A DNA stretch of 63,997 nt, filler included, from Octopus bimaculoides (taxonomy: Eukaryota): NCBI RefSeq assembly GCF_001194135.2. It is 9 parts of 9 records of this genome, joined end to end, with 100 filler letters (N's around TTAATTAATTAA, not from the genome) between each part and the next. Parts side by side here need not be neighbours in the genome. Positions count along the whole stretch, not along the records: positions 45,589 to 56,571 come from NC_068992.1; positions 56,672 to 58,771 come from NW_026326356.1; positions 58,872 to 62,875 come from NC_068994.1; positions 62,976 to 63,997 come from NC_068982.1; 5 more parts are not named here. One strand, written 5' to 3'. A program made the position numbers and the translations under genes. This document shows positions 55,561-63,997 of this stretch, one piece after another (position 1 is the stretch's first letter; every line of letters starts with the position of its first letter). The notes under the pieces were generated by a model. It saw only the letters and a program-made list of their open reading frames with translations, was not told the origin of the DNA and searched no databases.

Positions 55561-57037
55561 ACATCAGTCTTAGGTTTCATATGGACGGGTCATAACTCTC
55601 TTATTTCTTTTTTGACAAAATTTCTATTAATTTTCACTACTTATTTCAATTAATTTTGGAAAGGATGAAAAATTTAGTAAGATAATTTTGTCATAATTAA
55701 TCTGGGATCTGTAGCATGAATTAGCATGAAGTTTTAATGGAAAGTTTTAAGTTAAGTCATTTAAAAAAAAGGTATTTGTACCATAATCAAGGAGCTGTGT
55801 CAGGCGGCTTAGTATCAAAAAGGGTAACCCAGTGTCCATGTCGCGCTAGTGAACGAGATTGTATGGGATTGTACACTTCTCCTTGTATGGGACGCTGGTG
55901 CATTGTAAAGTTAACTTTCCAGTTATTTCCAGTTATTTGTAATTGAACAGACTGGACTAAGGTGAAATGCAGTATTTTGTTCAAGACTACAGCGCAACGT
56001 CAAGTCCAAGTAGAGAAACCATGATCATAACATCGTCAGTGCAACACCCTAACCACCAGACCAAGCATCTTCACGTTGCTCCAGCCTACTAAACCGTAAT
56101 TAGTTCCAATTAAATTCTGGGGCATGCCTCTTTCATTACAGCTGCTACATTTAGGTAGTTCTGTTGCTCAAAAGATGAGAGGGACGAGTCAATATCTCTG
56201 TCTGATCGCAACTATATAAGCACCTGAAACAATTATCGAAAGTATTGTACATCTTACGTTCGTCGGCCCTTCCTTTTTCCTCCTCCTCTAGGTACGGGGG
56301 CAACTTGTGCAACTGTCTGATAATTTTGGGGTATCTTTCCTTCAGTTTCAGGTACGTTCTTTCCCCTATCAAGGCACACCTTTCGCTGTGGCCTTTTAGT
56401 TGTTTGTACATGCTAGCAGTATGTTCTTCTGATATCTCCTCAATTAGTAAGTGTTCTTTCGCACTAAATTCAATTAAAATTATTTCTTCTTCTTTTTCTT
56501 TTTTTCCGTGGTCAGAGGGGCGGGATTTCTTGGGTGTCTGTGTTGTGGTGTTTGCGTTGTTTTTTTTTGTANNNNNNNNNNNNNNNNNNNNNNNNNNNNN
56601 NNNNNNNNNNNNNNNTTAATTAATTAANNNNNNNNNNNNNNNNNNNNNNNNNNNNNNNNNNNNNNNNNNNNTGATGTTTCAAGACTTAAGCTGTTTCATG
56701 GACCCGGATGATAAAGGCACATCATGACAACAAAACCATATTATTCTAATTTACCTTTTTTATTTTTGTCCTTTCCACAAAAAGATTGTAGCCAAATCGA
56801 TAAGGTTTAGATAAGATGTAGTAATAGAAAGAACACAGTTGACTGCAGGTAGAGCTTGTCAGATGACTGAAATGATGCAAAATATGAAGAGCATTGCATA
56901 CAATGTCTCTGTGGTGAGAAATGTATCTCATTTGTTTTTCTTCATTGCTCTTTTCACTTGTTTTAGTTATTGGGCTGCAAGCCATGATGGGACACCATCA
57001 TGAAGGGTATTTTAGTCAAACGAATTGCCCCCAGTAA

Positions 57038-57370
57038 TTATTGGCTTGTCCAGAAAGTTTGTGCTGATTTTCCAAAAGGTTCTTCTCACTTAACTCATGA
57101 GGTACCCAAACATTGTAGCGATTTGTGTACCCAAGCTTTACCAGGTGCTCATGAATGACGGATTTTGATAGGTTGAGGCTTTCTGCCAATTCTCGGGTTG
57201 TGCAATGCAGGTTATTCTCAATTAATGACTTGATTTGGTCTTTATCTGTAGTGGATGGTCTGCCTGATCGCTCTTTATCAATAAGGCTACAATCTCCACT
57301 TAGGAACCTTGTGAACCACTTCCATACAGTTCTTTAAGACAAAGAAACACTTACACCAACAATCTGTCAT
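57038..57370 (-). mobile_element. Mariner fragment (HTH and WVPHEL region)
   Basis: Reverse strand gives FxSGDCSLIDKERSGRPSTTDKDQIKSLIENNLHCTTRELAESLNLSKSVIHEHLVKLGYTNRYNVWVPHELSEK. Confidence 0.8.
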
Positions 57371-57399
57371 GCCAAGCATTTGAGGGAACTTTGAAGATG

Positions 57400-57730
57400 T
57401 GTTTTATTTCCAGTAAGATGGGGCACACACCCCCTACTGCAACAGCAATGTAAGGACCTATGTTGGTGAAATTTTGCTAAACAGGTGGATTAGACAAAGC
57501 GGTTTAGGAGAATATCTTCCACATTTCCTGGATCTTACACCACCAAATTTTCTCTATGAGGAGACTTAAATGATAAAATTTATGGTACAAAACCAGCAAC
57601 TTTCAAATTGAGGGCAGCCATTGAAAGAGAATGTGTACAAATACCAACCAGAATATTTCTTGATGTTTGTAATTCTATTGTTTCGTGTAATCAGCAGCAA
57701 CCGGACCAAACAGTCATTAATTCGATAACA
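57400..57730 (+). mobile_element. Tc1/mariner (maT/DD37D-like) catalytic-domain fragment
   Basis: FQ*DGAHTP...VRTY...NRWI...LDLTPPNFL...KIYGTKP..LRAAIEREC, a decayed FQQDGAP..RWIG..PDLTPLDF motif set. Confidence 0.65.
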
Positions 57731-58130
57731 AGCATTCATAAAAAAAAAAATTAAATGCTGTCTGTAAATTTCATTAAATTTTGGAAATGACATGTTTTTA
57801 ATAAACATTAACTTTATGCAATTTTTATATCCATCTTAACGTGGGTGTTTCGTTAGAATGCCAAATACTGCGGTATTTATCTTGAGAGGACCGCTCATAT
57901 AGACGCATGCTGCATAAAAGCACACATATATCAATGGCAGATGAGAATTGTCTGCTATGGGTGCTGGGGCTGCTAGGTCACATGATTTCAACATACTGCA
58001 TCTCTTCAGTGGCAGCCATCTGTAAGCTATATACTAGCAAAATCTTATTACCAATGACATTTAAGATTTCAGTGACTTCAGGCACTGATATTGCAAATAG
58101 CCAGCGATTTTATTATGAAATAATTATTAG

Positions 58131-58530
58131 GCGCAGGAGTGGTTGTGTGGTAAGTAGCTTGCTTACCAACCACATGGTTCCGGGTTCATTCCCACTGCGT
58201 GGCACCTTGGGCAAGTGTCTTCTACTATAGCCTCGGGCCGACCAAAGCCTTGTGAGTGGATTTGGTAGACGGAAACTGAAAGAAGCCTGTCGTATATATA
58301 TGTTTGTGTGTATATGTGTCTGTGTTTGTCCTCCCCCCCCCCCCCAAACATTGCTTGACAACCGATGGTGGTGTGTTTACGTCCCCGTAACTTAGCGGTT
58401 CGGCAAAAAGAGACCGATAGAATAAGTACTAGGCATCCAAAGAATAAGTCTTGGGGTCGATTTACTCGACTAAAGGCGGTGCTCCAGCATGGCCACAGTC
58501 AAATGACTGAAACAAGTAAAAGAGTAAAAG
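58131..58530 (+). mobile_element. Full-length abundant bipartite tRNA-head SINE (family A) with internal (TA)n(TG)n tract
   Basis: Head ggttgtgtggtaagtagcttgcttaccaaccacatggttccgggttca, CORE-like ccttgggcaag, internal microsatellite, and tail cagcatggccacagtcaaatgactgaaacaagtaaaaga. About 15 other copies or fragments occur in the window. Confidence 0.85.
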
Positions 58531-58629
58531 AGCAACAGAAGAAGTAGTATTAACACCAAAAGGCAATCGTTATATCCAACTTTACATAGATGTTTTGTTA
58601 CATCTACAGTATTAGCCTACTCTGTGGGG

Positions 58630-58771
58630 TGGGTTACTGTTAGGAAGGGCATCCAGCTGTAAAAACTGAGCCAAAATAGACACAGAAGTATGGTGCAGGC
58701 TTCTGCCTGGCCAGCTTCTTCCAAACCGTCCAACCCATGCCAGCATGGAAGGAAGATGTTAAACGATGATG
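58630..58771 (+). mobile_element. LINE/SINE 3' tail (probably RTE-related) ending in (GAT)n
   Basis: ggaagggcatccagctgtaaaa...ccaacccatgccagcatggaa...gttaaacgatgatg. Related minus-strand copies at ~5300-5540 and 60085-60190. Confidence 0.6.
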
Positions 58772-58871
58772 NNNNNNNNNNNNNNNNNNNNNNNNNNNNN
58801 NNNNNNNNNNNNNNNTTAATTAATTAANNNNNNNNNNNNNNNNNNNNNNNNNNNNNNNNNNNNNNNNNNNN

Positions 58872-59275
58872 TGAACCGCTAAGTTACGGGGACGTAAACA
58901 CACCACCATCGGTTGTCAAGCGATATTAGGGGACAAACACACACACACACACACATTTATATACAATGGGCTTCTTTCAGTTTCCACCTACCAAATCCAC
59001 TCACAAGGCTTTGGTTGGCCCGAGGCTATAGTAGAAGACACTTGCCCAAGGTAGGACTGAACCGGGAACCATGTGGTTGGTAAGCAAGCTACTTACCACA
59101 CAGCCACTCCTGCACCTATATATATATTTCAGTTTCTGTCTATCAAATTCACTTGCAAGGCTTTGGCCAGCCCGAGGCTATATAAGAAGGCACTTGCCCA
59201 AAGTACTATGTATAGGGACTGAACCCAGAACCATTTGGTTGGTAAGCAAACTTCTTACCACACAGCCACACCAAT
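58872..59275 (-). mobile_element. SINE family A copy with tandemly repeated head
   Basis: Head segment occurs at ~58965-59115 and again at ~59125-59272. Confidence 0.75.
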
Positions 59276-62235
59276 ACAGAAGTCTATAAGCACAAGCATA
59301 AAGTTGAAAAAAAGTTGAGCATAGATAAGCATAGATGTAAGTTTTAGCCCAATAATCAATTTAATCTATTATATGATATCACTGCTATGAAATATTGTAT
59401 TTAATTTGAAGAATAACTTAATTTCTCAATACAAACATCTCTATGTATGACTGTGCACTTGTGGTGTATGTGGGTGAGATTTGATTACGTGTATTTTGTG
59501 GTTTCTTGATGTATATAAAGATATATTTGTCTATATGTATGAGCATGTAAATATGTATAAAACACACACACATATGCATGTATATGTAGGTATATGCATA
59601 TGCGTGGGCGCATGTGTGTATGTATATACATGTGTAAGTGTTTGTGTGTGTTTGTAGAGGGAGAGAGAGAGAGAGAGAGAAGCATATGTATGAGTTTGCA
59701 TGAGTATATATATATTCATGTATATATGTATTTGTGTAAGCACACACATACATACATGTATTTGTGTGTCTCTCTACATATGTATAATATATATATATAT
59801 ATATGTATGTATGTATTTATTATATAGATATTTGTCTGAACAGACAACAGCACAATAAACAAGATAAAAAGATCTAAGCTGTATTTTATTTGATTTTCCT
59901 TAGGAAAATTCATACTTTATATTCTGCTGTGTATAAATTAATAGAAAACATACCTCATTACTTCTGATTAATTTTCCTATTTTATACATGAGTATGTATT
60001 TATGTATGTATAGGTGTGTGCATGTGAGTGAATATAGCAGCAAGATGAGACCAAAAGCAGTGCATTATTTTGTTATATATACATCATCATCATCATCATC
60101 GTTTAACGTCCGCTTTCCATGCTAGCATGGGTTGGACGATTTGACTGAGGACTGGTGAAACCGGATGGCAACACCAGGCTCCAATCTAATTTGGAGCCTG
60201 GTGTTGCCATCCGGTTTCACCAGTCCTCAATATATANNNNNNNNNNNNNNNNNNNNNNNNNNNNNNNNNNNNNNNNNNNNNNNNNNNNNNNNNNNNNNNN
60301 NNNNNNNNNNNNNNNNNNNNNNNNNNNNNNNNNNNNNNNNNNNNNNNNNNNNNNNNNNNNNNNNNNNNNNNNNNNNNNNNNNNNNNNNNNNNNNNNNNNN
60401 NNNNNNNNNNNNNNNNNNNNNNNNNNNNNNNNNNNNNNNNNNNNNTATATATATATATATATATATATTCTTTTACTTGTTTCAGTCATTTGACTGTGGC
60501 CATACTGGAGCATTGCCTTTAAACATGCACACATACATGCATGTATATATAAAATGTATAATATTGCTGACAAAGCTATTGCGTATGTCAATGTGTTATA
60601 TAACTGTAGACTTTGCATGTCTGAAAAATCCCACATACTGAAGCAGCTCCTGGATTCTGCTCTCCCTCTGTAGAAAAATGTTGATATATCTTACTTTCAT
60701 TTCTGTAGACTTTTCAATGTCCTGAACATCTCAAAGCATGTAATACAACTCAGTGTACTTTGGGACAAGTAATTCTTATCTAAGTCATCTGCCTTAAAAT
60801 TTAGCAGTTGAAACTCACTTTCAGCCATGTGACTCACATTGACCAATAAGAACTGATTTTAATATTCACTGATAAAGTGTGGCTTTGTCAGTGACATTTG
60901 ATTATATCTCCATTCATGAATCCCATCTGAAAGATCACAGTTATATTTTAATATATGTATGAAACTTTAAGTAATGCACATATGAGTTTGTGTAGACATA
61001 AGCTCACTCACTCCATCAAATTGGCATTACCTGTGCAGGTGCAACAGGTGCTACATGTGCTACATGTCAGATAATGAAATGATCACAGAGCAACATCAAA
61101 TGAAGTGCTTTGCTCAAAAACACAACGCAATGCCCGGTCTGGGAATCAAACCCACGCTTTTGCAATTGTGAGTACTACACCTTTACCACTAAGCCATGCA
61201 CCTTCACACACACACATATATGTATATTATGAGGTGGTGAGCTGCTGAATAGCACATCTAGTCACTGAACGATGGTGGAAATATCACAAGGACCTGCCTC
61301 TTGCATCAGTTTGCCTATCCAGTGTCTGTTGCTGAAGAGGAGATAAAAACTCTGAAATGCATGCATCCAACTGTCTGGTTAGGGAATGCTGTGAACTGAC
61401 TGTGTATTTACACCTATTTGTCTACAAAAATTTTCTCCAGGACAGTGAACGGCTTTCTTACAGGTTTTGATATGCATCAAGCATACTTGAACTGGCAACA
61501 AGTTTGTATTTATACATATATATTAGTTACATCACATAATATGGAGTCTAGTTGATCTACAAATCCCACAGTGAATTCACTGCGGCTTCTTTTGGCAGTG
61601 AGAACTTTGATTTCTTCTATTTTGTCTTTGGCACGCTGAGTTTCCTTGTATCAAATTAGATGATAATCAGCTTCTTGTTTAAAATTTGATGCCAAAATCA
61701 ATCTTTTCAATAGCTTTTCTTTTTTTCCTTGGGAGTCATCAGTCATATAAAATCGTTTCAAGCAAAGTTTTTATATATATATATATATATNNNNNNNNNN
61801 NNNNNNNNNNNNNNNNNNNNNNNNNNNNNNNNNNNNNNNNNNNNNNNNNNNNNNNNNNNNNNNNNNNNNNNNNNNNNNNNNNNNNNNNNNNNNNNNNNNN
61901 NNNNNNNNNNNNNNNNNNNNNNNNNNNNNNNNNNNNNNNNNNNNNNNNNNNNNNNNNNNNNNNNNNNNNNNNNNNNNNNNNNNNNNNNNNNNNNNNNNNN
62001 NNNNNNNNNNNNNNNNNNNNNNNNNNNNNNNNNNNNNNNNNNNNNNNNNNNNNNNNNNNNNNNNNNNNNNNNNNNNNNNNNNNNNNNNNNNNNNNNNNNN
62101 NNNNNNNNNNNNNNNNNNNNNNNNNNNNNNNNNNNNNNNNNNNNNNNNNNNNNNNNNNNNNNNNNNNNNNNNNNNNNNNNNNNNNNNNNNNNNNNNNNNN
62201 NNNNNNNNNNNNNNNNNNNNNNNNNNNNNNNNNNN

Positions 62236-62530
62236 NGTTATAGGACGTAAACATAGCAACACCAGTTGTCAAGCAGTAGTGGTGACAAATACAGACACAC
62301 ACACACACATTCAAGGGGCTGCTGAAAAGTTCCTGGCTTTGGCTAAAAGAAAATACAAACAGGAGGATCAGTTAATTATGATGGGCTTCTTTCAGTTTCC
62401 GTCTACCAAATCCACTCACAAGGCTTTGGTCGGCCCGAGGCTATAGTAGAAAACATTTGAGCAAGGTGACATGCAGTGGGACTGAACTCGGAACCATGTG
62501 GTTGGGAAGCAAGCTACTTACCACACAACA
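62236..62530 (-). mobile_element. SINE family A copy carrying a short mariner-TIR-like insert
   Basis: Family A body with tcaaggggctgctgaaaagttcctggcttt (~62311-62390) in place of the microsatellite. Confidence 0.65.
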
Positions 62531-62584
62531 ACACATGCTTGTATGTACACACACATACACACATGTGCAAATATATATATATCA

Positions 62585-62875
62585 TGGGACTTTGTCAGTT
62601 ACAACGACGAGGGTTCCTGTTGATCCGATCAACGGAACAGCCTGCTCGTGAAATTAACGTGCAAGTGGCTGAGCACTCCACAGACACGTGTACCCTTAAC
62701 GTAGTTCTCGGGTAGATTCAGCGTGACACAGAGTGTGACAAGGCTGGTCCCTTTGAAATACAGGTACAACAGAAACAGGAAGAAAGAGTGAGAGAAAGTT
62801 GTGGTGAAAGAGTACAGCAGGGTTCGCCGCCAACCCCCTGCTGGAGCCTCGTGGAGCTTTAGGTGTTTTCACTCA
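62585..62875 (-). mobile_element. SINE family C copy, head lost in the gap
   Basis: Reverse complement of the 28.7-kb SINE body (gttgatccgatcaacggaacagcctgctcgtgaaattaacgtgcaagtgg). Confidence 0.85.
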
Positions 62876-63138
62876 NNNNNNNNNNNNNNNNNNNNNNNNN
62901 NNNNNNNNNNNNNNNNNNNTTAATTAATTAANNNNNNNNNNNNNNNNNNNNNNNNNNNNNNNNNNNNNNNNNNNNTAGGGGTGGGTGGTGGGTGTAAGGA
63001 ATTGGATGGGGTGGAGTGGGAAGGTAGAGTAGGAGTGTGTTGGGGTGTGGTGGGATGAGCTTATGAGAGGGTGTTGATGAGGAGGGAGAAGGGGAAGGTG
63101 GATGTAAGAGAGGGGGAATATATATATATATATATATA

Positions 63139-63720
63139 CAGTACCGTACAAAAGTCTTCAGCCACTTTAAACTATTGTAAATTTCTACTAATTGCCAACT
63201 TATAAGTGGATGGTTCGCATTGCAATTTTTACAGCTGAAACATTGGTCCTGTTGGAGTCCTTTCCATACCTAATCATTATATTTTGTAGTAGGGGCTCCG
63301 AATGAGAGGGGAAGATGCCAGAAGACCATAAAAATGACCGTGCAAAAGTTTTCGGTCAACTCACATAAACCAATCAAGATATAGTGTTTTAAAAGAGAAA
63401 AATATCTATAATGAAAATTGATTACATATGTTCATTTGAAGAAGTTACCGTACATTGTAAATATTTTGTGTGGCTTCCCTTAGCTTGAATAATTGTTTCA
63501 ATACGCCTGGGAAGAGATGAGTACAAATCCTTCGCCATCTTCACAGGTATGAGGTGCCATTCTCTGTGGCTGAGCTACCACAACTTTTCAACTAAAATAC
63601 ATTCAACAACATTGAGTGAGTTGCGCCATTAAACCGCCAGATCGGGAGAAATTCTGCAGAATCTGCACCAAACTGTGTCAATGCTTAAGCAAACTTTGGC
63701 TTAGCTAAGATATATTTGTA
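63139..63720 (-). mobile_element. 3' end of a Tc1-like transposon with IR/DR-type terminal repeat
   Basis: TA-CAGTACCGTACAAAAGT terminus at 63139. Reverse-strand C-terminus EWHLIPVKMAKDLYSSLPRRIETIIQAKGSHTKY; inner direct repeat at 63337-63358. Confidence 0.8.
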
Positions 63721-63897
63721 ACATATTTCAGCTTCTAAACACAAATTCATTGCAGGTAACGCGGAGAAAAAAAAATTGTTTTATGGTAAAATGTGTAAAC
63801 ACAATGTTTGCCCAGTGTTGCCCCCTGTCGGATTCCCAGACACAGCATTTCTAGTTCTTTATCCATTATCAATGGGAAATATCTGTATATATATTTG

Positions 63898-63939
<42 letters not shown>

Positions 63940-63960
63940 AACACACGTACATATACACAC

Positions 63961-63991
<31 letters not shown>

Positions 63992-63997
63992 TATATA

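Noticed and set aside
56185-56230. RCLYSCDQTEILT resembles the MOXD1 DOMON motif RELHTCD..D..IT (possible missing upstream exon)
   Set aside because: The upstream residues do not match the DOMON exon, there is no phase-0 GT donor at the expected place, and the frame is better explained as LINE ORF1-like.

Overview
AT-rich animal genomic DNA from a gapped draft assembly. The SINE, microsatellite and mariner landscape suggests a coleoid cephalopod, probably Octopus (inference). The only host coding sequence I recognise is three minus-strand, phase-0 exons (44685-44846, 41051-41134, 36387-36566) of a DBH-like copper monooxygenase (MOXD1 type): DOMON C-terminus, TYWC motif and the HH CuH site. 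The other exons were not found, and the three exons lie in a 13.5-kb block bounded by two artificial 100-bp gap spacers. The rest is repeats: at least four tRNA-head SINE families, mariner and Tc1 relics, a full-length but inactivated Chapaev3-type transposon with intact ends and TSD, RLE-type and RTE LINE 3' ends, a long-TIR MITE and dense microsatellites. The most interesting unexplained structures are a ~1-kb inverted duplication of a SINE head plus unique flank, two perfect hairpins, a CCAAT/E-box/TATA module in a MOXD1 intron, a cryptic ~42-bp degenerate array and block-wise CpG depletion. I cannot support a wholly new biological system from this sequence. Most ORFs in the supplied track are microsatellite or N-gap artefacts. 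Repeat boundaries are approximate unless TSDs or TIRs are given.
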